NCBI GenBank assembly: GCA_965248195.1
Contig: CBDFIQ010000002.1
Span: 2,272,001 to 2,336,000 of the forward strand
DNA: 64,000 nt
Direction of reading: 5' to 3'
Source: Longimicrobiales bacterium
GTDB taxonomy: Bacteria > Gemmatimonadota > Gemmatimonadetes > Longimicrobiales > Gaopeijiaceae
The stretch's first letter is position 1, and the number at the start of each line of letters is the position of its first letter. This document shows positions 1 through 10,907 of this stretch, in pieces. The notes beneath the pieces were generated by a model, which was not told the DNA's origin, did not search any database, and saw nothing but the letters and a program-made list of their open reading frames with translations. The position numbers and the translations under genes were made by a program.

Positions 1-329
1 CCGGGGAGACGATGGCGGATCTGGAACTGGAGCCCGACACGGTCGACTTGACGCTCCCGCAGATCGCCCAGAGGTCTCAGGCCCTTGCCGTGGAGATACA
101 AAACGCCCAGGCGGGTGACCTGGTCGGGCCGGTCAGAGTGAACGACCCCCGGAGCGAAAACGACTGGACCCTCGCTCGGGTATTGGGGACCACGAGTGGA
201 GGCCCCGCCGAGTTTCTTGAATTTCGGGACGTGATCGTGGAGCGTCTGCAAAGTCAGCGACACACCGAGAGGGTGGTGGAGGGGCTGCGAAGCCAAGCGC
301 ACATCAACATTCGCCTCGGCGGAGGCTGA
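1..329 (+). CDS. C-terminal part of a SurA/parvulin-type peptidyl-prolyl isomerase (5' truncated by window edge)
   Basis: Frame is open from the window start. The C-terminus ('GDLVGPV...VVEGLRSQAHINIRL') resembles SurA/PrsA ends, and it lies directly upstream of pdxA, the usual surA-pdxA order. Confidence 0.6.
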   Translation, partial: GETMADLELEPDTVDLTLPQIAQRSQALAVEIQNAQAGDLVGPVRVNDPRSENDWTLARVLGTTSGGPAEFLEFRDVIVERLQSQRHTERVVEGLRSQAHINIRLGGG

Positions 330-345
330 CCTAGCGAGGCCGCGT

Positions 346-1290
346 ATGTCCACGCAATGCTTGGCCGTTACGCTGGGAGATCCTCGCGGAATCGGCCCTG
401 AGGTAGTTGCCAAAGCCGTACGCAGTCTCAGGGACCAGGGCGACGAGCCGGAGTTCATCCTGGTGGGACCGGACGAGCTCGATCCGGGACTCGGTACCTA
501 TGAAGGCGTAGGTCGATTCGACGGCTCCGAGCTTTCGGCAGGAATCCTTTCCGCCCGCGCTGTGGAGAGGGCCGTCCACCTTACCCTGGCGGGTACCGCA
601 ACGGGAGTCGTCACGGGTCCGATCCATAAGCCAGCCCTCCGGGCTGCCGGCTACGTGGAGTCCGGCCATACGGAAATGCTCCAGCGCCTCACGGGCGTCT
701 CCGATGTCGGGATGCTCATGGCCGCCGAGGAGACACATCTAGGAGCGCCTCTCCGGGTGCTCCTAGCCACGACGCACGTGCCGCTGCGCTGTGTGCCCGA
801 CCTGTTGAGTGCCGATCTACTGGTTTCTCAGGCGATGCTGTTGAAGTCATCTCTTGAAGCCGACTGGAATCTCGCCCGTCCGCGAATCGCCCTCTGTGCG
901 CTGAATCCACATGCCTCGGACGGTGGAATGTTTGGCGACGAAGAGGATCGTGTATTCCAACCAGCGGTGGAAGCCCTCCGGAGAGCGGGTGTCGAGGTGG
1001 AGGGGCCGATTCCCGCCGACACGGTGTTTAGTAGGACGCTCGGTGGGGAGTATGACGCGGTCATCGCCCCGTATCACGATGTGGGCATGGCTCCCTTCAA
1101 GACCGTCGCCTTTGGAACAGGGGTCAACGTGACCCTGGGACTGCCGTTCGTTCGGACGTCTCCGGATCACGGGACGGCATTCGATATTGTCGGTACAGGT
1201 AGGGCGGATCCGTCATCGATGCAGGCCGCGATCCGGATGGCAGCTCGGTTGGCCGTTGGGCGTTTTGACACGCTGGCCGCCCATATGTAG
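346..1290 (+). CDS. pdxA: 4-hydroxythreonine-4-phosphate dehydrogenase
   Basis: Motifs TLGDPRGIGPE, GHTEML, LNPHA, YHDVG, VNVTLGLPFVRTSPDHGTAFDI. Confidence 0.95.
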   Translation: MSTQCLAVTLGDPRGIGPEVVAKAVRSLRDQGDEPEFILVGPDELDPGLGTYEGVGRFDGSELSAGILSARAVERAVHLTLAGTATGVVTGPIHKPALRAAGYVESGHTEMLQRLTGVSDVGMLMAAEETHLGAPLRVLLATTHVPLRCVPDLLSADLLVSQAMLLKSSLEADWNLARPRIALCALNPHASDGGMFGDEEDRVFQPAVEALRRAGVEVEGPIPADTVFSRTLGGEYDAVIAPYHDVGMAPFKTVAFGTGVNVTLGLPFVRTSPDHGTAFDIVGTGRADPSSMQAAIRMAARLAVGRFDTLAAHM

Positions 1291-1293
1291 CTT
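1265..1293 (+). promoter_or_regulatory. sigma-70-type promoter for ftsEX-envC, embedded in the pdxA 3' end
   Basis: TTGACA (1265-1270), 17-nt spacer, TAGCTT (1288-1293), 70 nt upstream of the ftsE GTG. Confidence 0.55.
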
Positions 1294-1362
1294 TCCGCGT
1301 TCGACCCACCGTATGCTTGGAAGTCGGTGGGAAATATTAACTTACGAGGTTACGACCCCCAC

Positions 1363-2151
<789 letters not shown>

Positions 2152-2152
2152 C

Positions 2153-3010
2153 GTGCTTTATACAATTCGCGAAACCCTGATCGCCTTCGAGCGAGCCCCC
2201 CTTCTCACCGGGCTCTCTGCCGCAATGGTCGGACTCGCGCTCTTCGTCGTGGGGCTCTTTGGACTTGCCACGCATAACGTCCGACTCTACTTGGAGACGC
2301 TGGAGGAACGGGTCGAGGTGGTCGCCTACCTCCGGGACGACGCGACGACCGCGGACATCGCCGTAATGGAATCGGCACTCACGATGCTCCCGGAAGTACT
2401 CGCCGTGGACTTCGTGACCAAGGCCGAGGCGCTCGAGAAGGCGTATCGAGAACTGCCCGAGTTCAATGAGATTCTCACGGACCTCGAGGTAAATCCGCTC
2501 CCAGCATCCCTCGATATCCAGCTTCGTCCGGGAAGTCGAAACCCCGCAACGGCGGATCGAATTGCACAACAAGCTGCCCTCCACCCCATAGTGGAAGAGG
2601 TGCAGTACGGCGAGGAATGGGTCGAAAAGTTATTTACCCTGCGGCGGATGGGCGCGGTAACGACCACGGTGTTGGGCACGGCGTTCGCGGTGGTGGCCGC
2701 GCTGATCATTGGCACAGCCGTGCGAATCGCGATCTTCGCGCGGCGAGAAGAAATCAAGATCATGCAATTGGTCGGTGCCCGCGACAGCTTTATCCACCGT
2801 CCCTTTCTGGTCGAAGGTGGCATCACCGGGGCGCTCGGGGGCGCTCTTGCCGTCGTGCTCACTTACGCCACGTTCTGGTCGGTCTTTAACTACCTCTTCA
2901 CCATCTCGTGGATTCCGTGGGAATGGGCCGGCATCGGTATCTCGAGCGGAATCGTGTTCGGAGTGCTCGCCAGCGGATATGCGGTCCGCAAGCACCTCCG
3001 CGAGGTGTAG
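2153..3010 (+). CDS. ftsX: cell division permease FtsX
   Basis: Four-TM layout with NPLPAS, RREEIKIMQLVGA and PFLVEG. GTG lies 1 nt after the ftsE stop. Confidence 0.93.
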   Translation: MLYTIRETLIAFERAPLLTGLSAAMVGLALFVVGLFGLATHNVRLYLETLEERVEVVAYLRDDATTADIAVMESALTMLPEVLAVDFVTKAEALEKAYRELPEFNEILTDLEVNPLPASLDIQLRPGSRNPATADRIAQQAALHPIVEEVQYGEEWVEKLFTLRRMGAVTTTVLGTAFAVVAALIIGTAVRIAIFARREEIKIMQLVGARDSFIHRPFLVEGGITGALGGALAVVLTYATFWSVFNYLFTISWIPWEWAGIGISSGIVFGVLASGYAVRKHLREV

Positions 3011-3011
3011 G

Positions 3012-4229
3012 GTGCGGGCCTTCTACATCCCAGTCGGGTTGGCAACGGCTCTTGCCATCCCGACGCTCGTGGCGGCTCCGCTGGCCGGCCAGCTGGTCGA
3101 GATTCGACGGGAAATCATCGATAGCCAGCGCCGGCTCGAGGAGGTGCGCGAGGAACGAAGCCGCCTGCAGCAGCAGTTGACGAACCTCGATGGCCGGGCG
3201 CGAGACGCAGCGAGCGAACTCGCGATCGTCGAACGGCAAGTCAGTGCGTCTCGGTCCGCGGTCGCAGAGGTCGATTTTCAGGTAGACGCCGTCGCCAGTG
3301 AAATAGAGGGCACCTCCCGTAATCTTCTTCGCACGCGCGAACGCCTCCAAACTTCAAAAGCCGTTCTGCAGCGTCGCATCCGGGATATTTACAAACGGGG
3401 GGAACTCCATCCCGTGCGGGTCATGCTAGGGGCCGGTTCCTTTTCCGATCTCCTGACACGCTACCGGTACTTGCGTCTCATCGCTTCGTACGATCGCACT
3501 CTGGTACGGCGCGTGGGAGAGCTCGAAACGGATCTGGAACAACAGAACGACGATCTCCAGATCAGTATGGTGAGCTTGGGTCGCCTGCGGCAGTCCAGAC
3601 TCAGCGAGGTAGCCGCTCTGCGCTCGGTGGAAGAGAGACATCGCCGGGCGCTCGTTAGCTATCGTGCTCAGGAGGAGATGGCCTCCAACCGGCTGGAGGA
3701 AATCGACCGCGATGAGACTCGCATCAGCGCCCTTCTCACAAACCTCGAGGCAAGACGCGTGGAAATCGAGCGAAGCGCCGCCAGACGGGGAGCCCCGAGC
3801 ACGCTCTTGACTGCGGACATAGGAACGATGAATTGGCCGGTGGACGGCGAGTTGATCTATCGATTCGGGCGGGAGGAGAGACCGAACGGCACGGTATTGC
3901 GGTGGAACGGAATCGGGATCGGAGCCCCCGCCGGAACTCCCATTCAGGCCGTGGAGGCCGGTACGGTCGTTCTGGCAGGCCCGTTCGAAGGTTACGGCCT
4001 GACGGTGGTGCTGAGCCACGGAGGCGGTTTCTATACGTTGTATCTCTACCTCGAAGAGATCGGTGTTAACCAAGGTCGAGAGGTGGCCGTCGGCCAGGTC
4101 GTGGGCACCGTGGGAGGAGCTGACACGCCGGAGGGGCCCCACATGGAGTTTCAGATCCGAGCTCCCATCGACGGCGGAGCCCCCCGAGCGCAGGACCCGC
4201 TCGCGTGGCTTCGGGCACGGGGAGGATGA
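3012..4229 (+). CDS. envC: murein hydrolase activator EnvC (coiled coil plus degenerate M23 domain)
   Basis: Signal peptide, long coiled coil, C-terminal M23 fold (WPVDG..FG, WNGIGI, PHMEFQIR) lacking Zn ligands. Follows ftsX. Confidence 0.85.
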   Translation: MRAFYIPVGLATALAIPTLVAAPLAGQLVEIRREIIDSQRRLEEVREERSRLQQQLTNLDGRARDAASELAIVERQVSASRSAVAEVDFQVDAVASEIEGTSRNLLRTRERLQTSKAVLQRRIRDIYKRGELHPVRVMLGAGSFSDLLTRYRYLRLIASYDRTLVRRVGELETDLEQQNDDLQISMVSLGRLRQSRLSEVAALRSVEERHRRALVSYRAQEEMASNRLEEIDRDETRISALLTNLEARRVEIERSAARRGAPSTLLTADIGTMNWPVDGELIYRFGREERPNGTVLRWNGIGIGAPAGTPIQAVEAGTVVLAGPFEGYGLTVVLSHGGGFYTLYLYLEEIGVNQGREVAVGQVVGTVGGADTPEGPHMEFQIRAPIDGGAPRAQDPLAWLRARGG

Positions 4230-5374
4230 GCCTGCACCCTCTTTTTGGCCACGCTGATCTGCAAGCGTCCCTGTCACGGGCCTGGGCCACCGAGTCCCTT
4301 CCCTCGAGCCTGCTCATCCACGGTCCCCGTGGCGTAGGGAAACAGACACTCGCCCTCTGGCTCGGACAGCTCCTGCTCTGCCCCGAATCCGGGCCCGCCG
4401 GCCCTTGCGGCGACTGCAAGGGGTGCCGAATGGCGCTGAATCTCGAGCATCCCGACCTCCACTGGTACTTCCCGCTCCCGAAGCCGAAGAGGGTTCGGCC
4501 GGCGAAGCTTGCGGAGGCCATGGAAGAAGCTCGGTACGAGGCCCTGACGGAGCGCAGGGAGCACCCGCTCCCCCCCGCTTCCGCAGCGACCGAACCCACG
4601 GGGCTCTACCTGGTTGTGGCCCAGACTCTACGGTCCCACGCACACCGCCGGCCGGCCTTGGGACCCCGGCAGGTGTTCGTGATTGGAGAAGCCGAGACGC
4701 TCGTGCCTCAAGAGTCGAGTCAGGAAGCCGCCAATGCACTCCTGAAGCTCCTGGAGGAGCCCCCAGCGAGTACGTACCTCATCCTGACTTCGAGTGAACC
4801 GGGCCGGCTCCTCCCCACCATTTGCTCTCGAACGATGCCGCTCCACCTACCCGCGCTGTCGCCGGACAGTGTCGAGGAGTTTCTGGTCGAGGTCGGCGAA
4901 GTTTCTTGGGATGACGCTCGTCGAGCTGCGCACCTCGGCCGGGGTTCGATCGGTAGGGCTCTCGGTTTTCTGGCGAATGAGGGGGAGCCGGGTCATTTGG
5001 AAGTGCTACGAGCGCAGGCATTCGAGCTTCTCACCGCAGCATCGGATACCGACGCGGGAGCGGTTTATCGTAAGTCGCTGGAGCTCGGCGCGACACGCAG
5101 CCGTGGCCTGATGCCTCTGTTCGAACTCCTGGAGGACGCGCTGCGCGATCTCTCCGCGACAGCGGCGAGGAGCTCTGAAGGCCTCATCAATACTGATCGG
5201 GAAGAGCTTCTGGAACGGATTCGAAGGGAGCGGGATATCCATCCCGTGACGGTCACGAGGGCATTTCGACATTTGGAAGAGGCCAAGGAACTGGTGGCCG
5301 GTAACGTGAACCCGCAGCTCGTCGTGGCCGGACTCCTGACCGGCATCCGGGAGGAGCTCCTTGGCAACCCCTGA
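4226..5374 (+). CDS. holB: DNA polymerase III subunit delta'
   Basis: [11 protein letters not shown], Cys cluster [41 protein letters not shown] overlap with envC. Confidence 0.88.
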   Translation: MSLHPLFGHADLQASLSRAWATESLPSSLLIHGPRGVGKQTLALWLGQLLLCPESGPAGPCGDCKGCRMALNLEHPDLHWYFPLPKPKRVRPAKLAEAMEEARYEALTERREHPLPPASAATEPTGLYLVVAQTLRSHAHRRPALGPRQVFVIGEAETLVPQESSQEAANALLKLLEEPPASTYLILTSSEPGRLLPTICSRTMPLHLPALSPDSVEEFLVEVGEVSWDDARRAAHLGRGSIGRALGFLANEGEPGHLEVLRAQAFELLTAASDTDAGAVYRKSLELGATRSRGLMPLFELLEDALRDLSATAARSSEGLINTDREELLERIRRERDIHPVTVTRAFRHLEEAKELVAGNVNPQLVVAGLLTGIREELLGNP

Positions 5375-5867
5375 AGACCGTGACTCGAGGGATCCAGGCC
5401 TGACGCACATCGACGCGGAGGGAAACCCGCGCATGGTGGATGTGTCGGGTAAGGCCGCCTCGGACCGCATCGCGGTGGCCGAGGGCCGCATTCGTATGTC
5501 GGCGGAAACCTTGGCCACCATTCGCGGGGGAAAGGTCCACAAGGGGGATGTCCTTCAGGTCGCCCGTCTAGCCGGAATCATGGCCGGAAAGCGAACGGCC
5601 GACCTGATCCCCCTCTGCCACATGCTCCCTGGTGCCTCCATCGCCGTCGACCTAGACTTGGATGAGACCCTCCCGGGGATCGTCCTACGGGCGGAGGCTC
5701 GGATCGCCGGTCAGACGGGAGTCGAGATGGAGGCCCTCACCGCCGTCTCAGTAGGGCTCCTCACCGTGTACGACATGGCAAAATCCCTCGATCGCGGAAT
5801 GGTGATCGAGGGTGTTCGTCTGCTCCGTAAAGACGGCGGAAAGTCGGGCACATGGTCTGTGGACTGA
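5361..5867 (+). CDS. moaC: cyclic pyranopterin monophosphate synthase MoaC
   Basis: [46 protein letters not shown]. Confidence 0.95.
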   Translation: MATPEDRDSRDPGLTHIDAEGNPRMVDVSGKAASDRIAVAEGRIRMSAETLATIRGGKVHKGDVLQVARLAGIMAGKRTADLIPLCHMLPGASIAVDLDLDETLPGIVLRAEARIAGQTGVEMEALTAVSVGLLTVYDMAKSLDRGMVIEGVRLLRKDGGKSGTWSVD

Positions 5868-5911
5868 ATCGCCCCTGGCAGCCCCGTCATCCTTTTCTCT
5901 GGAGAATTTTT

Positions 5912-7477
5912 GTGAGACTCAAGATCCTGGTCCTATCGACCGTCGGTTTCAGCGCTTGCTCAGGTGGTTCTGGGGCTCCCGGACCTACTCCCTCTCCGGT
6001 CTCGGGCGGGATTGATTATGAGGGTGCAGCGGTTCGGGCGGCGGCCACGATCCTCCCAGACGATGTCCGACGTCATATCACGTTTCTGGCAAGCGACGAC
6101 CTGGCAGGAAGGGACACACCGAGTCCCGGGCTCGAGACCGCCGCCTCGTACTTGGTCGATTTTCTGGAACAGGCAGGGCTCGAACCCGCGGGAGAAAACG
6201 GGACGTTCATTCAGCGCTTTCCTTACACGCGAACTGCGATGGTCACCGCATCCCGACAGGTAAATTACCGGGTGGCGGGCTCGACCCGGGAACTTCAATA
6301 CGCGCGCGAATATTACGTGATCCCGGGGCAATCGTCGGCGGCGAATGCCGAAGTCGTCTTCGCCGGGCCGGCCGGGCGGCCCTCGCCCGATTTGGCCCGG
6401 CAAGCCAGCGGAAAGGTCGTGCTCTTCACGACCGCGGGTAACCCGGTCATAGGGACGGGTGAGGCGTTGCTCAACGCTTTTCAGGCCGCGGCTCGAGGGC
6501 GAGCCGCCGCAGTAGTTCTCCTCCTCGACGCGACCCAAGATCCCGACAGCATCCTGGACATGGCCAGCGGGCTTCAGGGAGCGGGATTGGCCACCCCCAT
6601 CCCGATCGTCGGCTTGTCCTCCGAGGCCGGTGCCATCCTCTTCGCGGAGGCCGGGCTCGATCAGGAAGCGCTCAGGGAGTCGCCACCGCGGAACACAATA
6701 ACCCTCGACGGCATCACGATGAACGTCTCGGCCCCCTTCCAGGTCTCGGAGCACACGCCGCCCAACGTGGTGGGTATGGTACGCGGGAGTGATCCGGAGT
6801 TGTGGAACGAGTACATCGTTTACTCAGCGCATTTCGACCATGTCGGAGTCGGGATCCCCGACGCGTCCGGAGATTCGATCTACAACGGGGCGGACGACGA
6901 TGCATCAGGGACCGCGGTCCTGTTGGAAACCGCGGCCGCGTTCGCCTCGCTCGACGTTCCCCCGGCGAGATCGGTCATCTTCTTGGCCGTGAGCGGCGAG
7001 GAGAAAGGGCTCCTGGGCTCAAAACATTTCTCGGAAAACCCGACCGTCCCCATCGAAGCGATCGTCCTGAACATCAACCTGGACATGGTGGGACGAAACC
7101 ACCCCGACACGGTGATCGGCGTGGGCCGGCAGTACACGAACCTCGGACCACTCACCGATCGCGTTCTCCGAGAGCATCCGGACCTCGGGTTCGTGGTGAT
7201 CGAAGATCCGAAGCCGGAGGAGCAGGCGTTCTTCCGGAGTGACCATCTCCACTTCGTGAATAAAGACATTCCGGCGATTTTCTTCACGACGTGGGATCAT
7301 GAGGATTATCACAAGCCGTCCGATGAGGTCGAGCTCATCGATATGGAGAAGGCGGCGCGAGTGGGCCGCATGGTATTCCACGTGGGCGCGCTGGTCGCAG
7401 GGGGAACCGTGGACGCTGAATGGACGGAGGGCGGCCTGGCAGAAGTCCGCCAGATCATCGCCGACAACGGGAACTGA
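5912..7477 (+). CDS. M28 family zinc aminopeptidase lipoprotein with PA-like insert
   Basis: GGAG SD at 5901 with GTG start; lipobox FSAC; SAHFDH, NGADDDASG, GEEKGLLGS, NLDMVGR, RSDH, DYHKPSD. Confidence 0.9.
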   Translation: MRLKILVLSTVGFSACSGGSGAPGPTPSPVSGGIDYEGAAVRAAATILPDDVRRHITFLASDDLAGRDTPSPGLETAASYLVDFLEQAGLEPAGENGTFIQRFPYTRTAMVTASRQVNYRVAGSTRELQYAREYYVIPGQSSAANAEVVFAGPAGRPSPDLARQASGKVVLFTTAGNPVIGTGEALLNAFQAAARGRAAAVVLLLDATQDPDSILDMASGLQGAGLATPIPIVGLSSEAGAILFAEAGLDQEALRESPPRNTITLDGITMNVSAPFQVSEHTPPNVVGMVRGSDPELWNEYIVYSAHFDHVGVGIPDASGDSIYNGADDDASGTAVLLETAAAFASLDVPPARSVIFLAVSGEEKGLLGSKHFSENPTVPIEAIVLNINLDMVGRNHPDTVIGVGRQYTNLGPLTDRVLREHPDLGFVVIEDPKPEEQAFFRSDHLHFVNKDIPAIFFTTWDHEDYHKPSDEVELIDMEKAARVGRMVFHVGALVAGGTVDAEWTEGGLAEVRQIIADNGN

Positions 7478-7492
7478 GCGGAGGCCCTTGGA

Positions 7493-7513
7493 GGCCCGCC
7501 TCTTCGGCGGGCC
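7493..7513. terminator. GC-rich hairpin between convergent M28 peptidase and guaB genes
   Basis: GGCCCGCC-TCTTC-GGCGGGCC, a perfect 8-bp stem. No U-tract. Confidence 0.5.
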
Positions 7514-7516
7514 GTC

Positions 7517-8974
7517 CTACATGTGGTAGTTGGGCGCCTCACGAGTGATCGTGACGTCGTGCGGATGCGATTCCCGAAGGCCGCCTGATGTGATCCGCAC
7601 GAACCTCGCCTTCCCCCGAAGCTCCTCCAAGTCGGCTGCCCCACAGTACCCCATACCACTCTGAAGGCCACCGACGAGTTGGAAGACCGTGTCGGCCATC
7701 GGCCCTTTGTAGGGAACCCGAGCTTCGATTCCCTCCGGAACCAACTTTCGCAACTCCGCCGCGGGATCCTGAAAATAACGGTCGGCAGAACCCTCCTGCA
7801 TGGCCGAAAGGGACCCCATCCCACGCACCGTCTTGAAACGACGCCCTTCCATGAGGAAGCTCTCTCCGGGTGACTCCTCAGTTCCAGCGAACATCGATCC
7901 CATCATGACCGATTGGGCACCAGCGGCGAGCGCCTTCACCATGTCCCCCGAGTACCGGATTCCCCCATCGGCGATGACGGGAACCTGACCCTGCACACCC
8001 TCCACGGCGTCGATGATGGCCGATAACTGGGGGAGCCCGACCCCCGTAACGACCCGAGTCGTGCAGATCGAACCGGGCCCCACACCCACCTTGATCGCAT
8101 CGGCGCCTCGCTCCATGAGAGCCGCGGCTCCGTCCTTCGTACCGACGTTACCCGCAACGATCTGTGCTTCGGGGTAGGCCTTCCGCGTACGAGCCACTGC
8201 CTCGAGTACGCCCTCCGAGTGACCATGTGCGGTGTCCATGACGAGCACGTCCACACCGGCGTCCATGAGCGCAGCGACTCGGTCGAGCGAATCCTTCGAG
8301 GCGCCGATCGCCGCCCCCACGCGCAGCCTCCCATGCTCATCCTTACACGCTCGGGGAAAGAGCCGCCGTTTGAAGATGTCCTTGACCGTGATCAAGCCCT
8401 GCAGCATCCCGCCTTCGTCCACCACGGGGAGCTTTTCGATCCGGTGCTCATGAAGGATCCTCTCGGCGGCCTCCAGCGTCGTGCCCTCCGGAGCCGTAAC
8501 CAGGCTATCGGAGGTCATCACTTCGCGGATCGTACGATCCAATTGGGTCTCGAACTGAAGGTCCCGGTTAGTGACGATCCCTACCAGACGTCCGTCGCTT
8601 TCAACGATCGGGACGCCGGAGATGGAAAACCGAGCCATGAGCTCGTGTGCATCACGTAGCGTCTTCTCCGGCGACAACGTGATGGGATCCAGAATCATGC
8701 CACTCTCGGAGCGTTTGACCCGGTCCACCTCCTCCGCCTGAGTCTTGATGGAAAGGTTCTTGTGAATGACGCCGAGCCCGCCTTGCCGTGCGATCGCAAT
8801 GGCCATTCCGGACTCAGTGACCGTATCCATCGCGGCCGTGAGGAGAGGAATTTGTAGTTCGATCTCGGCCGTGAGGGAGGAAGAGACGACCGTATCCTTC
8901 GGATGGACGGTCGAATGCCCCGGCACGAGAAGTACATCGTCGAACGTGAGAGATTCGCCGAGAATCACGGTCAT
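7517..8974 (-). CDS. guaB: IMP dehydrogenase with CBS pair
   Basis: [54 protein letters not shown]. Confidence 0.97.
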   Translation of the reverse strand: MTVILGESLTFDDVLLVPGHSTVHPKDTVVSSSLTAEIELQIPLLTAAMDTVTESGMAIAIARQGGLGVIHKNLSIKTQAEEVDRVKRSESGMILDPITLSPEKTLRDAHELMARFSISGVPIVESDGRLVGIVTNRDLQFETQLDRTIREVMTSDSLVTAPEGTTLEAAERILHEHRIEKLPVVDEGGMLQGLITVKDIFKRRLFPRACKDEHGRLRVGAAIGASKDSLDRVAALMDAGVDVLVMDTAHGHSEGVLEAVARTRKAYPEAQIVAGNVGTKDGAAALMERGADAIKVGVGPGSICTTRVVTGVGLPQLSAIIDAVEGVQGQVPVIADGGIRYSGDMVKALAAGAQSVMMGSMFAGTEESPGESFLMEGRRFKTVRGMGSLSAMQEGSADRYFQDPAAELRKLVPEGIEARVPYKGPMADTVFQLVGGLQSGMGYCGAADLEELRGKARFVRITSGGLRESHPHDVTITREAPNYHM

Positions 8975-9070
8975 GAAGTTATGCCATCCCCCATATACGA
9001 GGCGCCCGCCCACCCAGAATCTCCTCTCGAGACCCTCGATGAACAGGCGCGTTTGGGACTACCATGGACG

Positions 9071-9100
9071 ATCTTACCGAGGCCCGTCTCGCAGTGTCAA
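9071..9100 (-). promoter_or_regulatory. sigma-70-type promoter for guaB
   Basis: Minus strand reads TTGACA-N18-TAAGAT, about 100 nt upstream of the guaB ATG. Confidence 0.55.
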
Positions 9101-9168
9101 CCCTCGGGGCCGCTCGTCCATTCTGCCCCGGGGCCTTTGTAACTTTCTAAGGCTCCCCCGGCGGAAGC

Positions 9169-9558
9169 CTAGTCCGTGGTAGGCGGGTCCTCAGACCGGG
9201 GTTCATGGTCGGTGCCAGGCTCCTCCACCGGGCCGCGATCATCGTCTACAAGGCCCTCTTCAGCGCCGGGCGCGAGCTCTTCCATGAGCTTTTTCCCGGC
9301 GGACGAGACGTTGGAGAGAACCCGATCCGCGGCGGAAATCAGTTGAAAGGCTTCGCGAAGCGTCGCCGGGCTCATCGCTTTTTTTCTCAGCTTGTCCTCC
9401 ATCGCTTCGGCGAAACGCTGGAGTCCGGACGTCTCTTCCACCACGTCCGTCCCATACTTGCTCTCCAGAAACTCGATATAATCCAGGATCTGGTAGACCT
9501 GCTCCTCGGGCAGGCTCTCGATCTTTCGCATGAGACGCTGGCGAAGTATGTCGTGCAT
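9169..9558 (-). CDS. hypothetical protein with a DUF2281-like N-terminus
   Basis: Begins MHDILRQRLMRKIESLPEEQVYQILDYIEFLESKY; helical, acidic tail. Family call from memory only. Confidence 0.6.
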   Translation of the reverse strand: MHDILRQRLMRKIESLPEEQVYQILDYIEFLESKYGTDVVEETSGLQRFAEAMEDKLRKKAMSPATLREAFQLISAADRVLSNVSSAGKKLMEELAPGAEEGLVDDDRGPVEEPGTDHEPRSEDPPTTD

Positions 9559-9728
9559 GAACGCAGATCCGGATCGGGTGTGGGCTCCGTGCGAATGCCA
9601 ACCGCAAGTTAACACCGCCCGGCGTGTAATGGCGACGGCTTGCCCGGTCGTACAAAGCACCTAACGTTCGCTGTCATCTGGGGCTCCTTAGGCATCCCGG
9701 GGACCCGTGCGTTAGCAACGGCTGGCGA

Positions 9729-9758
9729 CCCACGATACTTCTTAAACAGCCTTCTACC
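9729..9758 (+). repeat. solo, decayed right end of the 10585-10907 element family
   Basis: CCCACGATACTTCTTAAACAGCCTTCTACC matches 10880-10909 at 26/30 positions (21/23 over 9736-9758). Ends immediately before the ATG at 9759. Confidence 0.7.
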
Positions 9759-10580
9759 ATGACCTTTCTACCGAATCGAGTCGTTGGGATCTCAGAGGGT
9801 GGCGAGCAACTATATGGTCGCTGGCTCGGGTCCATCGATGAGCACCTCGATGCTCCGGATTGTGACCGTTATGAGCTCTGCCGGACAGTCCTGACCGAGA
9901 TTCACTTCCCCCACCTCATCGGGGTAGATCCGGCCACGCTTCCGGTCGCGACGCAGGTCGCGCTCGCCCAGATGGACGCCAGAAACGTGACGTTGGAGCC
10001 CGAGTATTACGCTGAGATCGACCTTCGCCGTTACGAACCCATCAAGCCGCTCATCTGGCTCTGGGAGATGTTCGACCGGAGTGCCTTGGCCGAAAATGTG
10101 CATCTGGGAGTGAAGTTCCGCAGGATCCTGGCGAAGCGGATTTTCCGGAAATGTGGCCAGAACTTCAAGGCGTTTCACCACGTCAAACTCTCGTTCGGCT
10201 ACAATCTGGAGGTCGGAGACAACGTGGTCGTCCATCGACACGTGCTGCTGGATGACCGCGGAGGCATATCCCTCGGAGACGGCGCCTCGGTCTCCGACTT
10301 CGCCAACGTGTACAGCCATTCACACGATGTCGTAGAGGGGCGCGACATCACGACCCCCGTGACGGTCATCGAGGCCGGAGTCCGGGTTACCTACCATGCC
10401 ACGGTCATGTCTGGAGTACATCTCGCCGAGGGGAGCATGCTCGGGGCGTTCGCCGTCGCAACGAAGGACACCGAGCCTCACGGCATCTACGCCGGTATCC
10501 CGGCGAGAAAGATCAAGGACAAGCCGGGTACGTCCGAGCGGCCCCGTACAGCGGACCCGTTGGCGGACCCAGGGGCTTGA
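9759..10580 (+). CDS. hexapeptide-repeat (left-handed beta-helix) acyltransferase
   Basis: LEVGDNVVV, ISLGDGASVS, YSHSH, VIEAGVRV, GAFAVATKD, YAGIPARKIK. Confidence 0.85.
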   Translation: MTFLPNRVVGISEGGEQLYGRWLGSIDEHLDAPDCDRYELCRTVLTEIHFPHLIGVDPATLPVATQVALAQMDARNVTLEPEYYAEIDLRRYEPIKPLIWLWEMFDRSALAENVHLGVKFRRILAKRIFRKCGQNFKAFHHVKLSFGYNLEVGDNVVVHRHVLLDDRGGISLGDGASVSDFANVYSHSHDVVEGRDITTPVTVIEAGVRVTYHATVMSGVHLAEGSMLGAFAVATKDTEPHGIYAGIPARKIKDKPGTSERPRTADPLADPGA

Positions 10581-10584
10581 GCGT

Positions 10585-10907
10585 GAAGGCTGTTGAAGGA
10601 GTACAGCGGGTCGCGCACAGGGCGCTTGTGCGCGTTCAGACAAGGAACGACGACGAGGCGTAGCAACGCTACGGCGAGGAGGAGAGACGCAGGATCAACC
10701 GCACAACCGCCCTGTGCCCACGAACATGAGGGGCATAACCTTACACGTTGAAGGGTTGCGGTGGCACGGCCCCGACCACGCTGCGCGTGGTGCCCCCGTT
10801 GTTGGAGCTCCTAGCCGTAGCGAATGCTATGGCGTCGTCGCTCCGCCTAGGAGCTAGGACCGTGGCATCCGCAACGCGGCCCACTGTACTCCTTCAACAG
10901 CCTTCTA
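10585..10907. mobile_element. non-autonomous MITE/REPIN-like element, copy 1
   Basis: Perfect 22-bp terminal inverted repeats GAAGGCTGTTGAAGGAGTACAG (10585-10606) and CTGTACTCCTTCAACAGCCTTC (10884-10905). Two internal hairpin arms. A second copy at 22073-22461 is about 93% identical by hand alignment. No coding capacity. Confidence 0.85.

Noticed and set aside
3800..4229. Missing zinc ligands in the EnvC M23 domain as a sign of pseudogenisation
   Set aside because: A degenerate M23/LytM site is normal for EnvC.
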